Of a stretch of 64,000 nucleotides of DNA, positions 29,933-39,133 are shown one piece after another. Position numbers and translations under genes: made by a program. The stretch lies in assembly GCA_963705505.1 (NCBI GenBank), contig CAVPJU010000010.1:802017-866016 (forward strand), given 5' to 3'. Source of the stretch: an uncultured bacterium. Its GTDB lineage: Bacteria; Desulfobacterota_D; UBA1144; Nemesobacterales; UBA2774. Under the pieces are notes generated by a model, which worked only from the letters and a program-made list of their open reading frames with translations, was not told where the DNA came from and did not search any database. How positions within the stretch are numbered: position 1 is the stretch's first letter; each line of letters begins with the position of its first letter.

Positions 29933-30871
29933 ATGAGCGTACTCGTCGCTATTCCTACATTATTTACCAGAAACGCGCTTAAAAATGTGCTTGAGAGCCT
30001 GGAGAATCAATCGGTCGAGCCTTATAAAATATTGTTAATCACCCCCAAGGGCAATATAGGCGGGGATTGGGAAAAATTTCTGGCTCAGTTTAAAAGGGTC
30101 GAATTAGCATACCTTGAGAACTATACGAGAGAAGAGGTGCTGAATAAGACAAAAAACAGCATGGTCGATGCCAGAAATTACGCGCTTTCCCGAGCCAAGA
30201 GCGAGCTCGAGGATGAGGATATCATTTTATTCCTGGACGACGACTGCATACTCGATAAGAACTGGATACAGGTGGCTGTCCAGAACCTGGAAACGGACGG
30301 TATCGGGGGATTTACGGGGAAGGTAATAAACCACAGAGATGAAGGACCCATGAGAAAGGCTGAAGTATTCGGGTTAGGTCTGATACAATATTTATTCGGC
30401 AGCGCCAAGACAGGAACAATTACGGACTGCGGGTTCGTATCAACGGCTTTCGACGGGCCGTCCAGGACCGAGGTGGATCACCTGCCGGGGGTTACAATGG
30501 CCTATAAGGCCGGATCCGTCAGGGATCTCAAATTCGATGAAAACTACAAGGGTAACTGTTACAGGGAAGAGACTGATTTTTCTCACAGGGTAAAAGAGAG
30601 AGCAAAGCTGATCTACGACCCGGGAGCCAAAGCCGACCACATGCTGGGTACTACGAGGAGAGACAAATTCTCCAACTATTATAAGAGCTACAACCATATT
30701 TACTTCTGGAAAAAGAATTTCAAATTTACCTTTTGTTTTTTCCTGAGGGAGGCACTGGAAGCTCTTCTCCTTATCGCGGCAGCCGCGGTCTCCTTTAAGA
30801 CGGATTACCTCTACGGCATAAAAGGGAAAATCGACTCTTACCGCCGGTATCTTTTATCCGGAAACGATTGA
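29933..30871 (+). CDS. Glycosyltransferase family 2
   Basis: ARNYAL, ILFLDDDC, FDENY.GNCYREETDFS.R. Confidence 0.85.
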   Translation: MSVLVAIPTLFTRNALKNVLESLENQSVEPYKILLITPKGNIGGDWEKFLAQFKRVELAYLENYTREEVLNKTKNSMVDARNYALSRAKSELEDEDIILFLDDDCILDKNWIQVAVQNLETDGIGGFTGKVINHRDEGPMRKAEVFGLGLIQYLFGSAKTGTITDCGFVSTAFDGPSRTEVDHLPGVTMAYKAGSVRDLKFDENYKGNCYREETDFSHRVKERAKLIYDPGAKADHMLGTTRRDKFSNYYKSYNHIYFWKKNFKFTFCFFLREALEALLLIAAAAVSFKTDYLYGIKGKIDSYRRYLLSGND

Positions 30872-30887
30872 TCTTAGACAGAACGAT

Positions 30888-32012
30888 ATGAAAATATTGC
30901 ATGTGTATACCGGCGGGGGCGAAATATACGGAGCCGAGAGGGTTATATTTAATCTGGCCATTGAGCAGATAAAGCGTGGGTTCGATACAAAGGTAGTTTA
31001 CTTTAAACGTTCCGGACGGAACTCGTTCCTGGAGTCGTTACACGAACATGGAATACCGGTATATGTAATCCCCTCAACAGGCAAATTGGATATAGGTGCT
31101 TTCTTGGCTTTAAGACGAATCTGCCTTGACTCACCCCCTCAAATACTACACTCGCACGGATATAAGGGATATATATTTTCAGCCATTTTAAAAAGAATCT
31201 CTAATTCGTTCATCATAGTATCGACCAAACATATATCGACAGACTCATCGTCGAGGATACAGATTTATGATTATCTAGGAGACACTTCCCTTAAATTCTT
31301 CGACTGGATTATAGCCGTCTCCGATTTCACAAAAGAAAGTCTGGTGGAAAGGCATATACCGGCCGATAAAATCGAGGTAATCCACAACGGAGTGGACATA
31401 CCGATAAACGGCCGGGAAGCCGGAGACAGACTGCGGAGCGAACTCAAGCTCGGTCCAGATTCCAAGCTCATAGGGTTCATTGGCCGTCTTACGCCTCAGA
31501 AAGGCATAAGCTATCTGCTCGAAGCAGCTCGTATAGTCTCTGCAGAAACTAAAGACATATATTTCGTATTGATCGGCGACGGCGAGTTGAGAGAGGATAC
31601 CGAATCCTTCATTTCCTCAAACAATCTTGAGGAACGTGTTTTGACGCTGGGATGGAGAAAAGATGCTACGGAGCTCCTTCGGGACATCGATATTCTTCTA
31701 CTCCCGTCTCTTTTCGAGGGCACTCCGATGATAATGCTCGAATCCATGGCCCTGGGCGTTCCGGTAGTCGGAAGCGCCGTCGGCGGTATAAGTGAAGTTA
31801 TTGAGGACAGAGAGAGCGGGCTTTTGATAAAACCCTGCGACCCCGATGCTATCGTTTCATCGATACATGAATTGCTGGAAAACCGGGAGCTTGCGGAAAA
31901 GATTTCACGGAATTCGATCGAGGAAATAAAAACGCGCTATAGCTCGGAGCATATGACCGAGATGTACAACGAAACCTATACCCGGCTCTTATCCGGCGTG
32001 ACTGCAAAATGA
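30888..32012 (+). CDS. Glycosyltransferase family 4
   Basis: YGAER, IHNGVD, GRLTPQKG, PSLFEGTPMIMLESMALGVPV. Confidence 0.92.
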   Translation: MKILHVYTGGGEIYGAERVIFNLAIEQIKRGFDTKVVYFKRSGRNSFLESLHEHGIPVYVIPSTGKLDIGAFLALRRICLDSPPQILHSHGYKGYIFSAILKRISNSFIIVSTKHISTDSSSRIQIYDYLGDTSLKFFDWIIAVSDFTKESLVERHIPADKIEVIHNGVDIPINGREAGDRLRSELKLGPDSKLIGFIGRLTPQKGISYLLEAARIVSAETKDIYFVLIGDGELREDTESFISSNNLEERVLTLGWRKDATELLRDIDILLLPSLFEGTPMIMLESMALGVPVVGSAVGGISEVIEDRESGLLIKPCDPDAIVSSIHELLENRELAEKISRNSIEEIKTRYSSEHMTEMYNETYTRLLSGVTAK

Positions 32013-32959
32013 GCGAAATGCTACTCCCTTTTGTATCATTCATTATCCCTACTAAAAATGAGGAATCCAACATAGAGAGATGCCTCGAGAGTATTTTAGC
32101 GCTTGACTATCCGAAGGACAGGTACGAGATAATCGTCGCCGACGGGCATTCAGAAGACAGGACCTGTGAGATCGCGCAAAGTCTCGGGGCCAAGGTCATT
32201 AGTAACGATAAGATCATTCAGTCTGCGGCGCGGAATATCGGAGCAATAAACGCGGCGGGAAACCTTGTCGCGTTTATCGATGCGGACATAATCCTCGGCC
32301 CCCAATGGCTGAAGAACGCTGTTGTACATTTTGGTGATCATCAGGTAGCCGCTGTCGGAAACTTCCCTGGGATCGCAGACGATGCGGACTGGATCGAGAA
32401 AGTTTGGTTTTTTCATATAAAGAGCAAATATGCCGGGAAAAACATAACCTATGTCGACTGGCTCGCTTCCGCTAACATTATCTTTGATAAAGAGGCATTC
32501 ATGAAGATAGGCGGGTTTGACGAGTCGATAAGGTATGCGGAGGACGTGGACATAGGTCTCAGAGCGACGATAGGCGGATACAGAATCATACTCGACCCAG
32601 GCCTCGAGTCCACACATCTCGATTATGAGAAGTCCCTTACAGGCTTCGCTAAAAGGCAGCTAGCCGGGGGGCGTGTTATCCTTCAGCTACTGAAGAAAAG
32701 CGGCTTCAAGAAGAACTGGAGAATAGCCTTTTTTATAAGCGTTTATCTGCTTTTCATTATCACATTCATACTGGGGATATTTTTCAGCATAAAGCTGTCG
32801 GCGGTTTCACTGATTTGCATGGTTTTAATGGCGGCGCTACTCGCCTTTCAGCGCTGTCATAATGCGGGATCGTATGTCTATTTTCTCCCGCTTTCACTAC
32901 TGCTTTTTTTGTCAGGTATCGTAAGGGCCGTCGCATTCGTTCTGCCGGCTAAGAAATAA
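32009..32959 (+). CDS. Glycosyltransferase family 2 with C-terminal TM helices
   Basis: SFIIPTKNEE, ARNIG, AFIDAD, GGFDESIRYAEDVD. Confidence 0.9.
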   Translation: MSEMLLPFVSFIIPTKNEESNIERCLESILALDYPKDRYEIIVADGHSEDRTCEIAQSLGAKVISNDKIIQSAARNIGAINAAGNLVAFIDADIILGPQWLKNAVVHFGDHQVAAVGNFPGIADDADWIEKVWFFHIKSKYAGKNITYVDWLASANIIFDKEAFMKIGGFDESIRYAEDVDIGLRATIGGYRIILDPGLESTHLDYEKSLTGFAKRQLAGGRVILQLLKKSGFKKNWRIAFFISVYLLFIITFILGIFFSIKLSAVSLICMVLMAALLAFQRCHNAGSYVYFLPLSLLLFLSGIVRAVAFVLPAKK

Positions 32960-32978
32960 TTCATATCCTGAAAACGGA

Positions 32979-33018
32979 AGCGGGTTGTAAATACGAATTC
33001 TCGTCTTGACAACCCGCT
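32979..33018. terminator. Hairpin between convergent genes
   Basis: AGCGGGTTGT...ACAACCCGCT 10-bp inverted repeat. Confidence 0.6.
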
Positions 33019-33069
33019 CGACATTCAATCAGACTTGTGGATTAAAGCATTATGCGTACATGAAGAAAG

Positions 33070-35032
33070 TTAAGGTGTTACAAAGATCTTACCCTTCTTC
33101 GGCTGCAAAGTGACGCTGCTCACGATACTTCCCGTTTCAACATCCCTATAATTACCTCCGAGTGAAATCGTGACAGTTTTCGTATCGCTGGGATTGACTA
33201 TAACCTTGCCGTACTGCCAGTCCCTTTGATACGCATTATTCAGATAGGCAAAAATCTTCAGGGGCTTACCCAGTTGGATGCCCTTAACCTTCTGAAGCAG
33301 GTCGTCCGGAAGGAAATTTTGCGCATAGGCCATGCCTCTTCCGTTTTCTCTGACAAGAAGCAGCGTGGAAAGAGCGTACCAGAAATCACCGAATCCGGTT
33401 TGAACAACCGGTTCCGCCCTTCTATTTTGGATCATGTCCTGAGCGGCCATCACTCTTCTCAACCAAATAGTTTCAGATTCAGGTTGTCCGTCCGGGTTGC
33501 TCGTCCATGTCTCAAAATAGGCATAATCCAGATACTGCATGAGCTCCGGATATATGTCTCTGTTAAAATATTCAGAATCGACATCGCTCCATACATTAGC
33601 AAAGTATTTTAGACCGCCCGCCTCGTTATCCGCTCTCTCTCTCAGCCTTTTAGTAGCATCTAGAACATCCTGCTCCCTTTCCGCTTGCGTGAAAGGCTTC
33701 TTTGTAACCGGGTTTACCGGCATCGCGCTCCATGCCCAGGGTGCGAAAACCAGGTAATTATCCAGCTCTCTCATGTTCCATGCCCTATCGGTATACGTTC
33801 CCTGCCACCTTCCGCCTGCTACCGACGACGGAACTTTAATGAAGTAATCAAAATAAAACTCGACGAAATTCGGATTCCCATGATCGAGTGCCTCCTCAGC
33901 CGGAATCCAGGGATGAAATCCCCGGCTCCGTTTGTATCTTTAAGTACCCATTCCGGGTTGTTTTTCATTATATAGTCGTTAAATAAGTCTCCACCTAAAT
34001 TCCAGGCGTCCTTATTGTTGGTAGAGTTCATAAATCCCCAATTATCGTAAGGACCGCAAAATTTAACTTGTGAATTATCCCTTATATAAGGGCACCAGGT
34101 TTGCGACGGTACAGCGCTCCACCAGGTCAGAACTATCTTGCAATTGTTCTTTATCTTATCGGCCGTTTTGAATTGATCCGAATTAGCGTTGGTCCGGTTC
34201 GGCAGCGAATAAGTGGAACAGGCCAGTTCTACGCTCGGAGAATCGGCACCCGATACGGGAGGAGGAGTTGGGGTTGGGGCAGGCGAACCAACGGGTGGGG
34301 GTGTGGGTGTCGGCGCGGGGGTTTGCGTAGGTCTCGGAGTCGGTACGGTGTCGGCACGGGGGTCGGTGTTGGTGTGGGTGCAGGAGTGGAGCCGCCGCCT
34401 TTTTTCTCAACATTTAATACGGGCTTGTTTTTTTTGTTATCTCCGCTGTTGATATAAACCTCACCGCTGCTCGCGACAAGATATATCCCGTTATTTTCTT
34501 CAGTTCCGCTGACCCAATCCTGAACCAAACCGGTTATATCCAACACATAGTATTTCCCGGCTTTTGAAACGGATACACTTCTTTCGCTGGTGGTCGCAAT
34601 CGGAGGTTTTTTACTCCAGGTCGTCATTTTACTCCATTGACCTTCTGCCGCATAAACAGCGACTGTATTCTTCGAACTGCTTTTCTGAGCAACATATATC
34701 GACAATGTCGCTTTCGAAATTGTGGTATTTTGCGGTATTTGAGATAGATCAAACTTAACAAGGCCTTGTTTCGTCTGAAGACTCTTGGCTTTAAGCTGGA
34801 GAGTAGAATTGGTGCCGAAACTGTTGTTTGCTTTTTGCTGGTCTACATAGGTGTCCTGAGTTGAAACATACTTATCGCCACTGCCGGTAGAGCTTGTAGG
34901 GCTTCCCGTTGAAGTTGGCGGCTGGGAAACAGGAATTGAAAAAAATGCTTGCGAATTTAATGGGCCATATAAGGACAGTACCGCCGCTAGAAGAAATATA
35001 TAAAATTTAATTGAATCGATCGAACGTCTCAT
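33070..35032 (-). CDS. Secreted DNRLRE(CBM96)-domain + Pro/Thr linker + putative glycoside hydrolase (GHL15-like TIM barrel); frameshifts near 34348 and 33915
   Basis: Joins ORFs 34229-35032, 33819-34031 and 33070-33774. DTYVD...GLVKFDLSQIP...ISKATL...DITGLVQDW...NNGI (DNRLRE); PTPTP linker; catalytic part collinear with the paralog at 40129-41405. Confidence 0.75.
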
Positions 35033-35111
35033 GTGAATGCCTCCTTTCGTCGGCTAACCACCCTTGTAAGGGAAGCATTACATTCGACCCTGCTTGAGAA
35101 GCAGGCAGGTT

Positions 35112-35156
35112 AGAAAAATCTAGGAAAGATAATGATACTTAAAATTTATCTTCCTA
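35112..35156 (-). terminator. Intrinsic terminator overlapping the riboswitch P1 3' strand
   Basis: Minus strand: TAGGAAGATAA ... TTATCTTTCCTA followed by GATTTTTCT. Confidence 0.55.
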
Positions 35157-35250
35157 TTTCGGTAACCCGGCCACCGTATGCTCATTTGAGCACTTAGGTC
35201 GAAGGCTTTGCGTCCCACCCTTTCGGATGGTTTGCCTTTATCGTTTAGGA
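35152..35250 (-). ncRNA. c-di-GMP-I (GEMM) riboswitch
   Basis: Minus strand TCCTAAACGATAAAGGCAAACCATCCGAAAGGGTGGGACGCAAAGCCTTCGACCTAAGTGCTCAAATGAGCATACGGTGGCCGGGTTACCGAAATAGGA: GGCAAACC..GAAA tetraloop..GGGACGCAAAGCC..CTAA..GGGTTACCG, as in the Vibrio cholerae Vc2 aptamer. Confidence 0.93.
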
Positions 35251-35289
35251 CACGCCTTTTTTAACTGTTTCTACATGTTGTCATTATAT

Positions 35290-35305
35290 TGCAATATTTA
35301 TACCA
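35290..35305 (-). promoter_or_regulatory. Putative sigma54 (-24/-12) promoter upstream of the riboswitch
   Basis: Minus strand TGGTATAAATATTGCA (GG-N10-GC); implied start near 35279, about 30 nt before the aptamer. Confidence 0.6.
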
Positions 35306-35575
35306 CTTCATAGAAACTTAAGTTTTCGCCTTAGATATTGGCAGACAACTAACTTATATCACTTAGACATTGGGATGCTTAAAAATGTCATAAAAAATGA
35401 TATTGGAAGGCTATTTCTGTCACATTTTGTCATTCTTTTGCATTGCATGACAAGATTAGTCAGAATAAAGATTCATGCGCCTAATTCTTGTATATTTCGA
35501 ATGTATATCGTTAATTATTTTTATACTCGAAGAGATAAGTCAGCAAAAGAGTTTATGCGGGATGTGTACAAGGAG

Positions 35576-36064
35576 TTACTCATACGAACCCTTCCGCGCA
35601 CTATATAAGAACCAGATAGTAATAATCATGAGTGCGGCGAGTGAAATCTGAAGGACCGTAACGGAGGCTATCTTTAGATAGGCGAAATCGGGGCTCACGT
35701 ATCTTATAAGCCATCCTCCGGCAATATCGCCCAGGGCGGATAAAAATGAAGATAAGATGAGCAGCAGCTTCCATAAATTCCCCAAAGCCGTAAACAGTAT
35801 CAAATGATTGAGGGTCACTAGTATTATCGCCATAGAAAAGAAGTGGAAATGGGCTTCTTCGAGCATGCCGAGATAGCTTTTAGGAGGCCTGAAGTTAGCT
35901 TCAGAACCCCTGTAATACTCGACTACCGAATCATAACTGAAGCCGACTTGCAGATACAGGAGGAGGTTGGTTAACCATAACAGTACAAAGAACACCACAG
36001 TGAAGACTATAATAAGTCTCAGGAGTGAATTTTTTCTTATGTCGGGGGAAATAAAGAACCGCAA
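35576..36064 (-). CDS. Hypothetical membrane protein, about 4 TM helices, with several His residues
   Basis: Hydrophobic helices, YYRGSE..FRPPKSY.GMLEEAHFHFFSM....TLNHL; starts 1 nt after the FMN-binding gene. Confidence 0.7.
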   Translation of the reverse strand: MRFFISPDIRKNSLLRLIIVFTVVFFVLLWLTNLLLYLQVGFSYDSVVEYYRGSEANFRPPKSYLGMLEEAHFHFFSMAIILVTLNHLILFTALGNLWKLLLILSSFLSALGDIAGGWLIRYVSPDFAYLKIASVTVLQISLAALMIITIWFLYSARKGSYE

Positions 36065-36065
36065 T

Positions 36066-36639
36066 TTATTCTGTCACCCCTTTATCTTTCTTAGCGTCCA
36101 GCACCCCGACCCGAAATACAGCCAACGCCCTTCTGACCGCCTGCGCCAGGGAATTGGACGTGATTGTTGCCCCCGTAATAAGGGGGATATCCTTTCCGAG
36201 CCTGAGCGAATCCTGAGCGCTCTTCCCGTAGAATAGCGCAATCCAATTATTCCCGGCCATATACTCGGGGGGCTCGAAAAAAGCGAGGATCTCGGCCTGC
36301 CTCAGCGTGCCGTCCGCATTCATAACAAACATAACAGTCTCGGTCATAGTCCTGAGCGAATGGGTGTCAATTATAGCATATCCGAGAGTTTCTCCTGCCT
36401 TCTCTACCCTCATAAACGATATAGAGCTTTGATTCGAGCTTGGACTTCGAAAGCGATTCTACCTCCTTTACCTGTTCGTCATTCAGAAAGAGTTCCAGCT
36501 TTTCTATCTTATCCGCATCAGGGAACGCAGTCTTAAGTGCCTCCTCTCTGTTCATAAAAACCTTCGACTCCGAGGGAGAATTAGAGAGATAGAGACACGC
36601 TAGAACCAATAATGGAAGTGCAGCCAAAAGTCTTTTCAT
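36066..36639 (-). CDS. Exported FMN-binding (flavinylation-motif) protein (one frameshift near 36405)
   Basis: Joins ORFs 36367-36639 and 36066-36413; signal peptide, EEALKTAFPDAD, EILAFFEPPEY, ITGATITS. Confidence 0.8.
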
Positions 36640-36663
36640 ATTTCAGGGCTTACAATAAAACAA

Positions 36664-36696
36664 AGAGGGCGCAGAAGATCTCGGACTGCGCCCTCT
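36664..36696 (-). terminator. Terminator/stabilising hairpin after the porin gene
   Basis: AGAGGGCGCAG/CTGCGCCCTCT 11-bp stem followed on the minus strand by TTGTTTTATT. Confidence 0.7.
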
Positions 36697-36719
36697 CGGA
36701 AAGGTATATTAAACCAGAT

Positions 36720-38303
36720 TTAAAATACATATCCAAGGCCGAAATTAAATTGATTTACAGCCTGATCCGCTTCGGTATCGAGCCACTGATACTCGGCCTT
36801 CACCACCACCTGAGGTATAGGCTTATAGTTAATTCCTATAGTCAGGTCTTTCTGGTTGTTTGCGGGGTCACGCTCGAATCCTGAAGGCACATGAGCCTGC
36901 GTGTCGAATGAGTCCCACCTCACGAACGGAGCCAGGTACTGAAAATATTGACTCGAGAAGTTTGCGAGTGAAAGGAGATTGTATCCCCCTTCGAGGTAGT
37001 ATCCCCACTGCTTATTGCCCACAGACTCGTTCCCGACTAATCCGTTGAGCGCGTTTATGCGCGCGGCGTCGCCGAGCCTGGTGAATACGACGAGCCCTCT
37101 ACCCTCAAACCCACGGTACTGGAACTGAATATCCCCTTCGTACATCTGAAAGAATCCCTTGACCTTCTGTCCGTTGAACTGCGATGTAGGATTATCTATA
37201 GTCGCATTCTGCCCGGTATTGCCGAGGAATAAGGAACCGGCAATAGTGATGTAGGGCAGAGGGTTATATTCGGCTCTGCTCACTAGCGCCACATCGTTGA
37301 ATAACGCCTCTGTGCCGTTGAACCTTATGCCCCTGTTGCTCGAAGCCGTAAACCCCCTGGCATCGAAACTGTTCATTACGTACGCCTTATAATTAAGCGT
37401 GCCCGCCTTGCTCAAATCAATATCTCCGAAAATCCCGAGACCGTTTTCCCTCCACGTTGTCGGGATAACGAAGAGCTCGGTCCTCGGTCTGAAAACACCG
37501 TAGAACGTCGTCGGCTCATGGACCTCGTTTATTATTCCGAACGGCGCAAGCAAGAGTCCGCCGCGGAGATTGATTTCAGGTACGAGCAGGAAATCGAGAA
37601 GCGCGAACTCGACCGAAACTGAGCCTTCCGCACCGTCGACGTTTTCCTCAGTAGAAGCGTGCTCGAACTCGACTTCCGAGTTGAAAATTATCCTGTCCGT
37701 AAATTTATATCCGAAATAGAGCACCACCCTCTGCGTATCGACAGTATTATTAGCTTTATCAACTACCTGACCCACTAACAGTTCTCCGTATCCTCCGATG
37801 GACAACCCTTTGTTGGAGAGATAAACCTTCGAGGCCGCAGGACCTCCTCCGAACACCTGCTCGTAAGTGGGCTCGGGACTTACAGACGCCTGCTTGATAT
37901 TGTCGATTTCCTCCGCAAGCACGCTCAATTTTTCTTCGATGGACTTTAATCTCTCGTCCGGTATTCCCTGAGATTTTAGCTGCTGCAGCTCCTGGCTCAC
38001 GCTGTTGAGCTTATTTTCAAGCTCCTGTATTTTCTGATCCTGGGACTGATTCGGAGCGCTGCTCTCCTGCTGAGCAACTACTTTATTTCCATTTTGAGCC
38101 ACTACCTTGTCACTGCTATTGTTTTGGAGGCTCTGAGCTCTGACTTTCTGGTAGGTGTCGAGCTCCTGAGCGAGCTGCTGCTGACCCTCCGTCATTTCGC
38201 CCGAGAATGCATAATGCGACATGAACGAAAACGCGATCAATATAAGTGGAACCAGAGATAGAAATCTCGTACACCGTGTTGTAAAAAAGAAAAGTGTTCC
38301 CAT
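36720..38303 (-). CDS. Outer-membrane beta-barrel porin (OprO/P-like) with N-terminal coiled coil
   Basis: IGGYGE, RVVLYFGYKFTDRI.FNSEVEFEH, INEVHEPTTFYGV.RP, IPTTWRE.G, C-terminal GLGYVF. Start ATG 38303 downstream of AGGAGG. Confidence 0.82.
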   Translation of the reverse strand: MGTLFFFTTRCTRFLSLVPLILIAFSFMSHYAFSGEMTEGQQQLAQELDTYQKVRAQSLQNNSSDKVVAQNGNKVVAQQESSAPNQSQDQKIQELENKLNSVSQELQQLKSQGIPDERLKSIEEKLSVLAEEIDNIKQASVSPEPTYEQVFGGGPAASKVYLSNKGLSIGGYGELLVGQVVDKANNTVDTQRVVLYFGYKFTDRIIFNSEVEFEHASTEENVDGAEGSVSVEFALLDFLLVPEINLRGGLLLAPFGIINEVHEPTTFYGVFRPRTELFVIPTTWRENGLGIFGDIDLSKAGTLNYKAYVMNSFDARGFTASSNRGIRFNGTEALFNDVALVSRAEYNPLPYITIAGSLFLGNTGQNATIDNPTSQFNGQKVKGFFQMYEGDIQFQYRGFEGRGLVVFTRLGDAARINALNGLVGNESVGNKQWGYYLEGGYNLLSLANFSSQYFQYLAPFVRWDSFDTQAHVPSGFERDPANNQKDLTIGINYKPIPQVVVKAEYQWLDTEADQAVNQFNFGLGYVF

Positions 38304-38327
38304 CCTTCCATGACCTCCTTGCTTAGC

Positions 38328-38346
38328 ATTGAATATCGTTTTCAAA
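38328..38346. promoter_or_regulatory. Fur-box-like site between promoter and RBS of the porin
   Basis: ATTGAATATCGTTTTCAAA, a degenerate 7-1-7 inverted repeat. Confidence 0.45.
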
Positions 38347-38377
38347 ATCAACATACATCAGGCACCGATTTTGTCAA

Positions 38378-38399
38378 GACAATGAAATTCATTTTCATT
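38378..38399. promoter_or_regulatory. Fur box abutting the -35 of the porin promoter
   Basis: GACAATGAAATTCATTTTC matches 15/19 of GATAATGATAATCATTATC; minus-strand TTGACA at 38377-38372. Confidence 0.7.
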
Positions 38400-38589
38400 A
38401 TTAACTATATCCTATGTAAAATACTTCCGAGAGGCAGGACGCGGTGGAACCCGGGACGTAACCCAAAGAGACGATACAACTATTTTCACATGGCTTTTCA
38501 AAACTGATTGCAATTTGTGTCCCCGATGATCGCAATTATTAAGGTTATCTGAGTCTTCCGCCGTCATTACCGTGAATGTATGTATAAGA

Positions 38590-38642
38590 AGAAGGGCGGC
38601 TAGCTAAGGTAATAGGACTAATAATTCGAGGGCCGCCCTTCT
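38590..38642 (-). terminator. Hairpin with large loop downstream of the small Cys-rich gene
   Basis: AGAAGGGCGGC ... GCCGCCCTTCT 11-bp inverted repeat. Confidence 0.45.
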
Positions 38643-38681
38643 CCCGGGAGTGTAAAGCAAATTTATATCATTTAATCGACC

Positions 38682-38909
38682 TCATGCCTGGTCCCGTATA
38701 TGACCGCCAAATCCCCGCTCGGCCACCGAGTTGACTTCGAGCGCTTCGATGATCATCTGCGTAAGCGTCAACAGGTACTTATGTTCGAGCCTAAGCGTAA
38801 TATTCCCGATGCAAAGGTGATAATAATTACAGCATCCGCATTTCGCGATACAGCCGATATTCGATGAAGAAAGAACAAGCGGTTTATCGGAATCACATAA
38901 GAAACCCAT
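38682..38909 (-). CDS. Small Cys/His-rich protein (resembles DUF6686-type CxxC..YHL proteins)
   Basis: GAGGAGG RBS, ATG 38909; GCIAKCGCCNYYHLCIGNITLRL. Confidence 0.6.
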   Translation of the reverse strand: MGFLCDSDKPLVLSSSNIGCIAKCGCCNYYHLCIGNITLRLEHKYLLTLTQMIIEALEVNSVAERGFGGHIRDQA

Positions 38910-38995
38910 CACTAGCCTCCTCACATATTGCGATAAAATATGAAATGACTAAATCCGTTTCGTTTATATTAGCCTGAAATCAGGTGCTTACGTTC

Positions 38996-39018
38996 ATATT
39001 GATAATCATATTCAATAT
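38996..39018. promoter_or_regulatory. Fur-box-like palindrome over the transcription start
   Basis: ATATTGATAATCATATTCAATAT, just downstream of minus-strand TTGACA(39047)-16 nt-TATTAT. Confidence 0.65.
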
Positions 39019-39133
39019 CATAATACCAGATGTTAATTGTGTGTCAAGACAGGATTTGTAAATTCGAGCAAGATTTATTAATTATTAACTCTTGGAACGG
39101 CAGGTCTATTGCTTTTTAAGGCAGAGTTTCCAA

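Noticed and set aside
34250..34390. Repetitive GGTGTGGGTG/GTCGG tract resembling a tandem repeat or array
   Set aside because: It encodes the Pro/Thr linker of the minus-strand protein; there is no repeat-spacer structure.
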